DNA of 64,000 nucleotides from Pirellula sp. (GTDB lineage Bacteria; Planctomycetota; Planctomycetia; Pirellulales; Pirellulaceae). Both the position numbers and the translations under genes were made by a program. Under the pieces are notes generated by a model, which did not search any database, had not been told where the DNA came from, and saw only the letters and a list, made by a program, of their open reading frames with translations. Within the stretch, counting starts at the first letter, position 1. Each line of letters begins with the position of its first letter. Below are positions 33,001-37,941 of the stretch, piece by piece. The stretch covers positions 6,433 through 70,432 of the forward strand of contig JAIPFP010000002.1 in the NCBI GenBank assembly GCA_021736575.1. The letters run 5' to 3'.

Positions 33001-36000
33001 ACGGACGTTGCAAGCTGCCGTCCGCGTTCGGACCTGCGGATTTGTCAACGAAAATGTTCTTGCCGACCACGTCAATCAAACGCAACGCGGGATCGACGGT
33101 TATCGATCGCTCGCCTTGCAATACGATGCCGCTGCCATTCACTGTTGCACTGACTCCCAACGCGGCTTGAGAGGCAATCGCACTGGCTAACGCGTTCGCC
33201 AAATCAGTCGAAGTATTGCCGTTCACGTAGGGGATTCGGATGCGTCCAGGACTGACGAAGTTGTCGCTCGAGAACTCGAAAACGCGTGTAACTCCATTCG
33301 AGCCCACGACGGTAACGATCCTGCTCTCGATTGCCGCAGATCCTCCCGCGTTGAAGTTCAGTGTTCGATTGAGCGGACGGGTTTCGAACCAGAAATTATA
33401 GGTTCCACCCGCGACTCCATCCCCGTCGCCATCGAATCCGACCGATGGGTCGCTCTGCGCGTTCGTCGAAACGTCTTGAATCGCGTCATTGACGCCGACT
33501 TGCCCACGGAACGTGAGCCGCATTTCGTATTTGCCTTGCGATTGACCGCCGAAACCGGTCCCAGGAATGGCCGCGTTGTAGTCGTCATTGCCGCTAGCGC
33601 TTACACCAACAAAATAGACCCCGCTGGTAAGCGATACTTTGATCAGCGAATCGCGGCTGAAGTAGTCATCGTTCCGTGAAACCAAATCCATCTTTCCGCC
33701 CGAAAGAATGATCGGATTTTGGGTCAACAGATTTCCGCCAACCTTGGTGCTACCCATTCCCTTGGCCAATTTGACTGTGACCAAATGGCTTGCCTCGCTC
33801 GAACTCTGAATCGCCGCGATGATCTCATCGACCGTGCTCTCACTGCCAGGCGTCGCGTTCAGATCGATCCCGATCGCATTCGGATACACCGAAATCGATG
33901 GTGCTCCATCTCGCACGCTTTGAGTCAGGTAAATTTGAAACTGATTTCCCTGGCTACCTGGTCGTACTGCGGTGAACTCAACCGACAATAGATTGCTTAC
34001 ACCAAAGTTGGTAGAACCCGTTGCTTGTGTTTGTTTGTACAGCTGCAGATTCGTGTCCAACTCGCTGCTGTTGGCGAGACGCTGCGCGTACGTTTCAAGT
34101 GTGAACAAGCCCGCTCGACTGGGGTCACCCAAATCCACTTCGAAACGATACAAATCGATATCCGAACCGTCCGGTCGATGCAAGTACTGACCGTGGAGGA
34201 CGTCTTGATTGCCTGGAAAAATTGGCTCAAAACGTTCTTCACTTGCAACCAGTTGTGCGTCGTTCGGATTGATCGTTGGACCGGTACCAGCAAAGAACGT
34301 CGGATCCAATCGCATGAGCGTACTTTGAGGTAGATCGCCTGCATGCTCAAGGCCGAGAACCATGCCAATGCATGCCATCGTCGATCGGAAATAATCCTCT
34401 CCGTACGAATTATTCCATGCGCGAGTGGCTTCCAAAATGATCAATGAGCTGGCAAACGTCTTGTCGATCCGCACACCGAAATTAATCGTATCGTTGAGTC
34501 CGACTTGAATCGCTTCCGTCTGAATCTGAGTGGCTGCGACCGGCGTCAACCCACTCAACGAGCCCAACGCGATCGTCACACCTTGATCCGCCGTTTCCAC
34601 GAACTGAACTCCGATCTTGTAAGCCCATAAATTGAGGGCTTCACGCGTTCGGCCTTTTTGCTCTTCGGTGATCGAGTTAACTAAGGGATTGTTTAAGTTG
34701 TCGTTCGAGTAAATCGTCTTGAAGTTGTAATAGATCGTTGTGATTCCAGCCGTCGGATCTGCTCCGAAGGCTGCGTTGACGTGATTCTCGAAACTGCCTT
34801 GTAGATTCTGAGGCAACGTTCGATGAGCCGGGTCATCACTGGCACCCTCCAAGTCGAGCGCGAACGGCTCTGCATCGATCGAGGACGATAGAATCAGACT
34901 GCTCTGAAGCAGATTCGTAGACCCAATCAACCCCAAATTGGTTGCTGTGTTGAACGAACTCCCCAGCCCAAACAAAGTGACCGGCGAATAGCTCAGCAAT
35001 CGATCGCCAATAACCGTCAACGGGTCACTGCCTGGCTCGTAGTCGATGCTCACCAAACTTGTTGCGGCCGGCACGAGCAGGATGGCATCCACCACCTCTT
35101 TCGCCGTAACAGTTGACGTCCCTAAATCCACTGTGATCTTACGACCAACGACCGAGACAGCCGGCGAACTTCCATTGAGCGAGTTCACGAACTCGACCTG
35201 TACTCCACTGCCCGCTTCACCGATTTGATTGGCTGTGAATCGAACTTTGACTGCACCTGCCGTGTTGAAATCCGTGATGGCGTTGGCGGCCGCTTCGTTC
35301 CTGGTCGGCGCAAGAGGCTGCGTCTCGCGAGTCCCGATTCGCAAACGGTACGTGACTGGACCAGCACCGGAACCCGGAAGCGTATCCAAGTCGCTAGCAA
35401 AGACAAGAGTTGCCGTGTTGGAGGCTGCATTGTAGCGCACCGAAATGGGCTTGAACGCCGCTCCATCATCCGTGTTTCGGATTGTATCCCTTGTGAAGAT
35501 CAATTGATAGAAATCTGGGTTCTCAACCGATCGTGACGTCGGACGACCTTGAGCGTCATTTTCAACCAACAGCTTTTCTTTGTCGAAGTAGACGACGATG
35601 GTGTCGCGTTGCTGACTCAACTGTCCATTCTGACGCACAACCGGTTGAGGTACGACCGAAATCACTTGCGGTCCGAGATCCAACCGGAAATCAATCGTAT
35701 CGGATCGGGTATTGGGCTTCGACGGAATCAGCAGGTTTCCTGGCAGACCATTCTCACCCACATTTCGCAACCCAACGATACCTAATGTCGGGTCGTCAAA
35801 ACCAAAGACTTCGATGCGATATTGATCATCGATCAAATTCTCTGCGAACCGTACTGTGACTTCGTTCTCGTCTGGATTTTCGCCAACACTTCGTGCGCCC
35901 GGTTGGACGATGATGTCGTTGGTTTGCGTTAATCGAATGGGCGAGTAAGAGGTAGGATTCCCAGAGCTCAGCAGCGTAGCCTCCAGCCCCCCGTTTATCT

Positions 36001-36553
36001 TGGCCCGGATCTGAGTATTGATCGCAGGTGTGGTATTAATTGCATCTACCAATTGCTTCGCGGTAGTGCTTGGCGCTAAAGTCACCGAGATAATGCTGTT
36101 CGTGATCGAGAGAGCAAAACTTGCGCCTCGAGTCACGTTCACATCGAAGGCGGCTCCCTGGGCAACCGAACTGAGCTGTATGTCGACTTTCCCAAGCGTT
36201 CCAAAATCGCTCGAAGCGCTAGCTAAACCGAAGGAGCCGTCACCTCCGGACCGCGTGATGCGAATGCCGCTGAGTGTATTTGCATCGATGATCTGAGAAT
36301 CATCGAACCGGAACGTGAGCTCCCTCGGAGCGATGCTGCGCACCACGCCATTCTCAATCAAATCACTATTATTCGGCTGAATTCCAATCAACCGAGGACC
36401 TACACCTGTAGCCAACATTTGCCGAGACTCTAGGGTTTCAAGCAGGCAGCGACGGAGTTTGGCCCGTTTTGCTTCGCTTGATACAGCGTCTTGAGGAGCA
36501 ATGGATCTGATGGAAAAACTCTTGTTGCGAAGCCGGCGGATGGTCATCACCAA
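18083..36553 (-). CDS. Giant secreted mosaic protein, paralog A (6156 codons): export motif, M10-like pseudo-peptidase, PPC domains, beta-helix blocks, embedded I9-S8 subtilisin, FEF-module array, GEVED, cadherin-like array, dockerin
   Basis: Single uninterrupted ORF in the track. The track start is TTG at 36553. An in-frame ATG at 36547 has GAGGG 6 nt upstream and is the more likely start. Motifs are listed in the sub-features below. Confidence 0.95.
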   Translation of the reverse strand: MVMTIRRLRNKSFSIRSIAPQDAVSSEAKRAKLRRCLLETLESRQMLATGVGPRLIGIQPNNSDLIENGVVRSIAPRELTFRFDDSQIIDANTLSGIRITRSGGDGSFGLASASSDFGTLGKVDIQLSSVAQGAAFDVNVTRGASFALSITNSIISVTLAPSTTAKQLVDAINTTPAINTQIRAKINGGLEATLLSSGNPTSYSPIRLTQTNDIIVQPGARSVGENPDENEVTVRFAENLIDDQYRIEVFGFDDPTLGIVGLRNVGENGLPGNLLIPSKPNTRSDTIDFRLDLGPQVISVVPQPVVRQNGQLSQQRDTIVVYFDKEKLLVENDAQGRPTSRSVENPDFYQLIFTRDTIRNTDDGAAFKPISVRYNAASNTATLVFASDLDTLPGSGAGPVTYRLRIGTRETQPLAPTRNEAAANAITDFNTAGAVKVRFTANQIGEAGSGVQVEFVNSLNGSSPAVSVVGRKITVDLGTSTVTAKEVVDAILLVPAATSLVSIDYEPGSDPLTVIGDRLLSYSPVTLFGLGSSFNTATNLGLIGSTNLLQSSLILSSSIDAEPFALDLEGASDDPAHRTLPQNLQGSFENHVNAAFGADPTAGITTIYYNFKTIYSNDNLNNPLVNSITEEQKGRTREALNLWAYKIGVQFVETADQGVTIALGSLSGLTPVAATQIQTEAIQVGLNDTINFGVRIDKTFASSLIILEATRAWNNSYGEDYFRSTMACIGMVLGLEHAGDLPQSTLMRLDPTFFAGTGPTINPNDAQLVASEERFEPIFPGNQDVLHGQYLHRPDGSDIDLYRFEVDLGDPSRAGLFTLETYAQRLANSSELDTNLQLYKQTQATGSTNFGVSNLLSVEFTAVRPGSQGNQFQIYLTQSVRDGAPSISVYPNAIGIDLNATPGSESTVDEIIAAIQSSSEASHLVTVKLAKGMGSTKVGGNLLTQNPIILSGGKMDLVSRNDDYFSRDSLIKVSLTSGVYFVGVSASGNDDYNAAIPGTGFGGQSQGKYEMRLTFRGQVGVNDAIQDVSTNAQSDPSVGFDGDGDGVAGGTYNFWFETRPLNRTLNFNAGGSAAIESRIVTVVGSNGVTRVFEFSSDNFVSPGRIRIPYVNGNTSTDLANALASAIASQAALGVSATVNGSGIVLQGERSITVDPALRLIDVVGKNIFVDKSAGPNADGSLQRPFNNIAGAGVPNAFASALPGDIVRIAGNGGSDGRLETIGDNVAYEIGIGLLPGAVLADGLTMDVPMGVTTMIDAGAIFKIRSARLGVGSSSLNVNRSGAALQVLGAPSLLDASGNMLKQATGGVAPGSVYFTSWLDETIGLDTYGPRTIPGAGDWGGISFRRDVDVASGRRDGEDEGIFLQYVNNADIRYGGGSVVVDGVAQTINAIQMFETRPTITYNRITRSADAAMSALPNSFEETNFNEPRFQLSGAFTSDYDRVGPDIHHNTLTNNSLNGLFIRVDTPVDGSPKTLTVPGRFDDIDIVHVFADNLILSGAPGGSILDGFTPASDLVSVAPGVGGTLLPDIYNYKLTFVDRNGSESVPSNATGSITLVGNQTAIALSSLPSATGDFVTRRLYRSSVSLTGAYELIALLDKATSTYLDIGKSLGGTLARDRLDVSGVLLANSAGGTLAAGRYNYRFVMVDAAGQEGLASNPTNDIVIPIGQSVVLTQLPQPIPGYVARRVYRSANNGSGPYSLIAELPNATMSNLASLTDNGFVTGAALSPESLAVKRPRLNSSLVIDPGSVLKLEGSRIEATFGTRIIAEGTEDLPIIFTSKLDDRYGAGGTFDTNNNGTSTLPAARDWGGIYVAPTASLSVDHSTFAFAGGVTRLDGTFRAFNTIELQQADARIAHSVFENNADGFGGQGPGTRFGRLLNEPATIFVRGTQPTILGNVFRNNIGAAIDIDANSMNDHVMPDSGRQTGDVDINPIYSTNQGPLIRENRFANNGLNGLKIRGDTLTNASVWDDTDIVHAVYDGIFVGDYQHEGGLRLQSATDESLVVKFDGYGSNYNRNMGAGITGNGQLMPGNNRVGGTLHLVGQPGFPVILTSLKDDTVGAGLRPDGRSQNDTNNDGIGSVPSSSDWRGVLLDQYSNDRNVGLVLETEDISAAAPGTNGSIRTAQGLGSLAATASSGSENLRLGFVIQGVLSQDEDVDIYSFSAEAGTEVWLDVDYTKTNLDTVIELLDANGTLLARSDNSTEETLVPALLVRSPLIDPSSVNPLPVRTTNVRTNRSGLVKEDGTTNVRDAGMRIVLPGSIGARGTFYFRLRSAGTDIANEKAGLSSGPYQAQLRLREQQEFAGSLVSYTDIRYSTNGVHLRGLPTSSPLIGEAAEDESVEYVDSANNFRTNSNAELTAYNGTAVGQLTVGNRPQYIGNLLNTANGGISLAGSLSTNTDVDFYRLDIRQQDIVGSMSGGFASVMFDMDYADGLNRPDTSINVFIEENSLRFGKQYRLIYSGDSSNIADDQARPLLVNDASDLSRGSLGTKDASIGPVALAEGTYLVAISSAGYQPRTRIINQFNTEPISSILRIVDEDFVAGATTALPPVIRNFLPQPNASIGPTGELISKVFNLGAYSAADQPATYIDYDFPGGNFSISIRDSAGVETEVARSQFGGTLQTGTNSLKIPLNQFAGQDGLTMIFRSTQAATTITNVIIGFAERGERVGTPDEPVLSPGMNLFGDFNATPPGPLSQNSTRTFSLATYTFADGPRVAFDYEVFTGQLDVFMQSPFGLQRIATTDNVNRPGNVVLLTAGSPQRASIDVSQYAGQAGLSVVFRSRGDANGRVRIGAVTMELADGSRIFSGEPNPTFVNVPVPSTTITRGAYQLEVRLGENFFTSNSSGTPTLTKTFDTNDRFTEQISIVAPAGTNLTDGDVFEISDGGTRIGFEFSVDNVVASGNVPVRFTPADPAYVVARAIRDAINNPNVQSRLRVSAATSSGIATGTTGRDTRINLIGNAAVKQVTSAKPAGMVQVISYSGIGDRNVTRDQGQLIVQNSFIRNSRDYAIWSEPAARMADPRDTEDAGNTFGFNGGNFGGFNLVDDIQAKPSLAGTQAVRNLPALNNSVPGGLVSGVVIQNNVLEEGGLGGVKINGENPIWMITPQLIPTADNNPLVNSDAPVTHFGTYIDDGDVLVIDSDRTRLRFEFDDLAGGPAGAGGSTQVEGNGVALDSTIAWYRDLGGSFYQRLTCTNCQPFATNAFETMHALRDSILGSIFVSNGTTQIIQATIAQSLLGPDPGAPPSSAGNFYPEYFNRASLYLEGPTALEFVDGPGGFSNRLDIRRLPLGESPQPQTRIVNNTIIGKDGRASFNGGAAAAETNDTLDTAVQTWQGTSHNPLFYSDVGIIGDSGVGIAGNNPATGNGGGGTGGSFNFTLANLSSNRFVMRFEDGVTPERQAAIMAAEGLEIIQRYDFINALLVRKTKNVLTVDGLQRLVAMPEIRYAEPDMDMQFDRVPNDPQYPQQWQYDNQGQTGGKIDADIDAPEAWDLVTGSTQTVIAIIDSGVDYNHTDLRANMWVNPGEIAGDGIDNDANGYIDDIYGIDPFSGDSDPLDQNGHGTHVAGTTAAVGNNGRGVTGVNWNSKIMALKIGAAGPSVSFLAAIESLNYLVTMKTKYGINIVVSNNSYGGPGFSQAFQDAVQATIDVGIAFVAAAGNNGTNNDQQPFYPVGFPLDGIIAVAATDDRDQLANFSNFGVTTVDIAAPGVNILSTTLGGGYGLQSGTSMASPHVAGVVALLASSLPGASVAQLKSAVLLGAHPLPNLTGVVLSGARLNAAKSVFVLNAGLGKLLSTSDVDIYQFKLGIGERAIIDIDSANSGLDSVLQIFDSRGVPQTFLNANGISLLASDNDAAPGELVSLDSYADFTATAPGVYYAAVSSVGNSTYDPLSLANRKAGKTTGAYRVTLSARHQQDFVITAEDASAYRAGETFTIHGVPDLDGQVTTGRTFEFTFGIGGQVAQGNIPINLNPGWRFPDVARAIAKAINEGLAGGPAVSNAQRLPNGQFGTASPLPAVHARAMGGLANIVDADFNSIVGDKAPLIERLGQLDELGTDAVSPREIRRQLGGDYTEVNQGLRVFTRRLDGFITFTTTVVNNLPPFLSVTSLSNMGFGHDRLSTTPISLTSIGDGTSEKFVVVKNAAWITGNNTVIVSPDENEGNNLDSLLPETGILASRGASPTILNNVFFNLQSPVIKEESRRYPVVGPFTGGFAPYGFDGETVVSKPSEVILGGSVYQFDEPAASKVRFTTGIEKVPTNIPNTALDFNFDVADSARLFVNAQAGQYLPAAGSILIDSGIDSLPERPLFANVKKSVGISVSPVIAPDRDAVGQLRVDDPTVSPPSGLGQNVFKDRGALDRADFLGPTAVLVNPLDNDALGVDKDSAVSVVQLTSGVYSEFRIQLRDSDETFGGIGVNDDSVVTPEVSGVRAVGASVVLFENGRLLVEGIDYRFAYDTTRNEIILTPLAGVWKNDRVYDILLNNKDRFVLVAPSGDTIQDGDRMVIRDSLGGNVNFEFESGYRLQIPQGLKIQVPLAGGQAGGVVDGDRFTITQGTLQVTFELDNNSNFLAGNIPVVFSKTSSREEIANTIAAAIQKTALAVKPVVQPGGNVYLGAAANTRVNTALSALTQPIQTDGLLVPNLGAGVGGVTDGQLVSISDGRVAIVFEFDTDGRFDPANFRIDSSQASNANDIANLLVQSIVASGLKLQPRIMGSDVVHLGLSPSGSVNLLNSKLSLVGVSRTIADGEQFTISFGGITKTFEFTLDPDTNVKPGNIPISFKQTDTQDQLGALVALTIKNAGLNLDPKHIDDGNIAIGGTEQHSINATTAPSIGLFGKPGVATNTTLTIVGSLLLEVPPIVGQDLQDNTFLTLTNNGVTLLIEFDGNSSGSTVPNSVVVRFNPSSTVPNIVQAMINVINASGLGLVAKSVGGPFIDLGPVPDSTVVSNTSAIRQSRSSVDDGQYFSINNGTTTVTFEFENATNNNGFTAGRVPIFFRSSSTRREVIDAMKAAIEASGLGLQTQVISDSVLKLLDNPQYTLVNNGTSIEVSGVPGGATPILFLQDVVFTAELMRDSIIKAINSAPNTSLFAKKRGGSTLFVENAISIDSPVPNFFQRAIEDLAGNDLQPNRINNETQFSILMPGAQLDFGDAPDPVSTTPGRYPTSQAFDGARHVSNATALRLGTDISAEQDGNPTPKADGDSGDDGVTFKFQGLDKPLFNRNVDTLVTVTLSAPGIVDGWIDFNADGDWTDPGENVLNGVIFDPSSLTQTFSIRVPTTSPVPAVSTNSFARFRTSSAGELLPTGLALDGEVEDYLVRVVPGVPPIGVSDAYAMNEDQVGGLVTSDPTGQATPGFVVDDGVLANDTSPDGRALFARLLTPPQHVSGNSFVFNSDGTFSYQPTADYFGTDTFVYLNYVNLDVNENEILESLVPTTVTITIRPVNDVPTASNFSRDTDEDVPLILTQPNIVTLSQALAGPANEFEQTLRVSLPNNVTGQGGSVSLLNGGVIYTPRADFSGVDTFAFTLTDNGVTGDLADPLSVTRTVTVTVRDKNDAPITTPKSFTMIEDGTDTKPSSFFLAGDVAGPPSEITGPNAQTLTFSGVVATSEFGGTVSFANGNVTYRPAPDFNGVDRFFYFVTDNGTSQGISDPLTSRGTVTVTVTAVDDAPRVVAQFGTVNMLEDDPERAFPLANYFFDPDVIPNDDKLTYKVVSNSNSSLVEPTFGANDIFVRPKPDQNGTAIIVFEATDRAGNTVTNTMTLIVAPVGDSPRLVAPLPNLSVAEDAIIPDTVLSPTYFYDPDVILNGDVLTFTVTNSNTDVVTASIVNGSLRLVLVPDASGVATITVRAVDKAGNAIEDSFDISVSPVNDAPRAVDDLFYLTPQGVELRTTDARGTATPSIYDDGVLANDRDIEGNTFTARVTRAPTLGQLTLNLDGTFSYIPNSNTLVGAVDTFKYQAVDSLGAVSNEATVKITITTPPASKHQNPIQKLDVDADGFISPIDVLLIINFLNFRGEPSVSIVGLPDPPPYRDVNGDYFISPLDVLEVINYINRRSSGGSAGGEGEGDGSSVSYVSGNLGAPMTWSTDVMRNTPNTGTTMVDVPSRNRMENAVQPARQDAIAAQGASLGEYLSSFGNDAEDEAEQLAVLSTAKSSKEDHESLDSFFAEVFGQ
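18440..18635 (-). other. Type-I dockerin (two EF-hand-like repeats) near the C-terminus of gene A, followed by a ~115-aa Gly/acidic tail
   Basis: LDVDADGFISPIDVLLIINFLN and RDVNGDYFISPLDVLEVINYINR. The tail is SSGGSAGGEGEGDGSS...EDEAEQLAVL...DSFFAEVFGQ. Confidence 0.75.
18650..20560 (-). repeat. Five cadherin-like (VNDxP-delimited) ~105-aa domains at the C-terminal end of gene A
   Basis: Domain boundaries are RPVNDVPTA (~20270), DKNDAPIT (~19935), AVDDAPRV (~19600), PVGDSPRL (~19295) and PVNDAPRAVDD (~18985). Internal motifs include DGTFSYQPTADYFGTDTF and VLANDxD. Confidence 0.75.
20640..21160 (-). other. GEVED-type domain of gene A
   Basis: LDFGDAPDP...GRYPTS...DGARHV...GWIDFNADGDWTDPGE...ARFRTSS...GLALDGEVEDYLVRV (GEVED at about 20650-20665). 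Confidence 0.7.
21510..23110 (-). repeat. Contiguous array of ~6 copies of an uncharacterised ~95-110-aa 'FEF module' in gene A
   Basis: Cores: IQDGDRMVIRDSLGGNVNFEFE; VVDGDRFTITQGTLQVTFELD..GNIPVVF..EEIANTIAAAI; VTDGQLVSISDGRVAIVFEFD; IADGEQFTISFGGITKTFEFT..GNIPISF; LQDNTFLTLTNNGVTLLIEFD; VDDGQYFSINNGTTTVTFEFE..GRVPIFF..EVIDAMKAAI. Dispersed copies sit near 24600-24800, 27000-27180, 27700-27950 and 33150-33330. Confidence 0.75.
24880..25230 (-). other. Pre-peptidase C-terminal (PPC) domain following the S8 domain
   Basis: SDVDIYQFKLGIGERAIIDIDSANSGLDSVLQIFDSRG...ASDNDAAPGE...GVYYAAVSS...GAYRVTLSA. Similar PPC-type signatures in gene A sit near 34160 (DIDLYRFEV), 30100 (DVDIYSFSAEAGTEVWLDVDY) and 29370 (DVDFYRLDI). 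Gene B has them near 16260 (DLYKFVV) and 13220 (DIDIYRFTGTAGSMVWFDVD). Confidence 0.65.
25290..26090 (-). other. Peptidase S8 (subtilisin) domain inside gene A with an intact catalytic triad
   Basis: VIAIIDSGVD (Asp3499, codon 26057-26059); DQNGHGTHVAGT (His3554, codon 25892-25894); GTSMASPHVAG (Ser3720, codon 25394-25396). There is also an NNSYGG oxyanion-region motif. Numbering follows the track protein. Confidence 0.9.
26215..26425 (-). other. Inhibitor I9-like subtilisin propeptide inside gene A
   Basis: SSNRFVMRFEDGVTPERQAAIMAAEGLEIIQRYDFINALLVRKTKNVLTVDGLQRLVAMPEIRYAEPDMDM lies immediately upstream of the S8 domain. The call rests on position and pattern only. Confidence 0.55.
30450..33050 (-). 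other. Two parallel beta-helix (PbH1-like) blocks of gene A separated by two ~85-aa 'Y-N-Y...RR-x-YRS' modules
   Basis: Motifs GDIVRIAGNGG, DIHHNTLTNNSLNGLFIRVD, FENNADGFGG, FRNNIGAAIDIDANS and IRENRFANNGLNGLKIRGD. Between them lie LLPDIYNYKLTFVDRNG...RRLYRSS and LAAGRYNYRFVMVDAAG...RRVYRSAN. Coordinates are approximate. Confidence 0.6.
34270..34900 (-). other. Serralysin/matrixin (M10)-like domain of gene A with a degenerate zinc-binding motif
   Basis: ...ITEEQKGRTREALNLWAYKIGVQFVETADQGVTIALG... is followed by TMACIGMVLGLEHAGD (about 34334-34381), at the place where metzincins have HExxHxxGxxH. Only the last His is retained. Confidence 0.55.
36410..36442 (-). other. N-terminal LExRxLxA-type motif of gene A (LETLESRQMLA), Planctomycete extracellular / LEPR-XLL-type signature
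   Basis: Residues 38-48 of the track protein follow a basic stretch (RRLRNK...KRAKLRR). The pattern matches from memory the conserved N-terminal motif of Planctomycete exported giant proteins. Confidence 0.6.
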
Positions 36554-36930
36554 CCCTCAGTGCAAAGGTAGCCAGGAACTCCTTGCGAAATGAAATACCT
36601 CGCAAGGCTGTAAAATTGTGTCCCGACCAACCAAACATTAAGGCTAAAAAACAACCCTAAGAATCTGGCAGTCGGAATAACACTCAGTTTCGAGTATAGT
36701 TGGGCTGGATTTGGATGCAAACTTGTGCCCACCCCATACGCAACAACGAACATGGAATTCGAACCGAAACCACCCTAAAGAATGGGTCGGATCCTCCCCA
36801 GCACATCGAAAAACGATGAAGATTTTACCAAAACTAGCTAACTACACTGGTCAATTGCAGCTCAACGCGACGGATTTGCGGCCTTTGACGTCCCTTTGGA
36901 TGTTGAACGCTTGGAAAGGTTCCAAGCCTC

Positions 36931-37449
36931 ATGGGTGGAAATGAAAGTCTTGAAGAAAAAGGAATTTTTTTTAAACCATCTCATTTCGCGGTTTTGCTGC
37001 ACATTGTGCCGACCCATTCTCTGAGGGCGACCCACTGGGATCTCTTGCTCGAACACCCTCACCCAGGCAACGATTCCTTGCTTTGCTTTGAATTGCTCGT
37101 CCCTCCCGAAAAATGGTCCAATCCAACCGTCGCGACTCGCTTGCCTGACCATCGCCATAGGTACTTAACCTACGAAGGTCCAATCTCAAACAATCGCGGA
37201 CACGTAAAACGCGTCCTCCAAGGCTCCTTTGACTGGGTAAAAGCTACGGAATGCTCGCTAATTGTGCGACTGAAATGGGAAAAACTGGAAGAACACGCTG
37301 AGAACATAGAGGGTTGGTCGACGCGTCCATTTTCCGGAATGCTAGAACTTCATCGAAACCGAAATCTCCCAGAATTCGCCATCGGCTCTTGGCAGCTTAC
37401 CCTGTCCGAACACGCTGGATCGAACGATCCTAACGCCTGCGGCAGTTGA
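36931..37449 (+). CDS. Small protein with a LigD_N-like (DNA polymerase/ligase D 3'-phosphoesterase N-terminal type) domain
   Basis: 172-aa ORF. THWDLLLEH...LLCFELLVPP...ATRLPDHRHRYLTYEGPISNNRGHVKRVLQGSFDWV resembles from memory the HxDLxLE...DHRxxYLxYEG...RGxV pattern of that family. It is divergent from gene A. Confidence 0.5.
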   Translation: MGGNESLEEKGIFFKPSHFAVLLHIVPTHSLRATHWDLLLEHPHPGNDSLLCFELLVPPEKWSNPTVATRLPDHRHRYLTYEGPISNNRGHVKRVLQGSFDWVKATECSLIVRLKWEKLEEHAENIEGWSTRPFSGMLELHRNRNLPEFAIGSWQLTLSEHAGSNDPNACGS

Positions 37450-37485
37450 TTTACTGGACTGCGTCTGTCACGATGCATAGAAGCA

Positions 37486-37908
37486 ATGGATTCCATAGCA
37501 ACCACGATTTCTCACACATTCTTCCCGCGAACGCAAATGTCGAACTGGAACTCGAACTCGAACCTGGAATCTGGACCCTTCGCCGAATCGCGACGATCGC
37601 GAACGACGATTAGTCTTTGGATGTTAATGTTCTCCATGGTCGTTTTCGCGGGTGTCTCCATGGTGATCATGTTGGCGGCAAGGGTCCCGACGATCGCCAA
37701 CAGCATCAATGAATTTTTTGGATTACCTCAAACTGCCAAACAAGGCAAACCCGACAGAACAACGCATTTGATCTTTTTACTTTTTTGCTATTCCTCTCCG
37801 TTGATGTTTGCAATGTGGGTCGGAATTCTGCACTCGATCAACGTCCGTCTCAAGCATTTCTCTGCTGCAAAATCCGGACAAGATGACCCAGACAGCCCGT
37901 TCGTTTGA
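37486..37908 (+). CDS. Hypothetical membrane protein (two predicted hydrophobic helices)
   Basis: 140-aa ORF with LWMLMFSMVVFAGVSMVIMLAA and LIFLLFCYSSPLMFAMWVGIL. The start is uncertain (alternative ATG at MSNWN). Confidence 0.4.
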   Translation: MDSIATTISHTFFPRTQMSNWNSNSNLESGPFAESRRSRTTISLWMLMFSMVVFAGVSMVIMLAARVPTIANSINEFFGLPQTAKQGKPDRTTHLIFLLFCYSSPLMFAMWVGILHSINVRLKHFSAAKSGQDDPDSPFV

Positions 37909-37941
37909 TGAAGCGATAAAGCGATAATCGGAAAACCTAAC

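Noticed and set aside
36717-36730. Sigma-54 promoter-like sequence on the minus strand upstream of gene A (tGGGCACaagtTTGCa). It is tempting because a sigma-54 activator is encoded in the window.
   Set aside because: The spacer between the GGCAC and TTGC elements is one nucleotide shorter than the strict GG-N10-GC geometry, and the -24 element reads GGGCAC rather than TGGCAC. A similar near-miss at about 51816-51830 (TTGCACacctTTGC) fails for the same reason.
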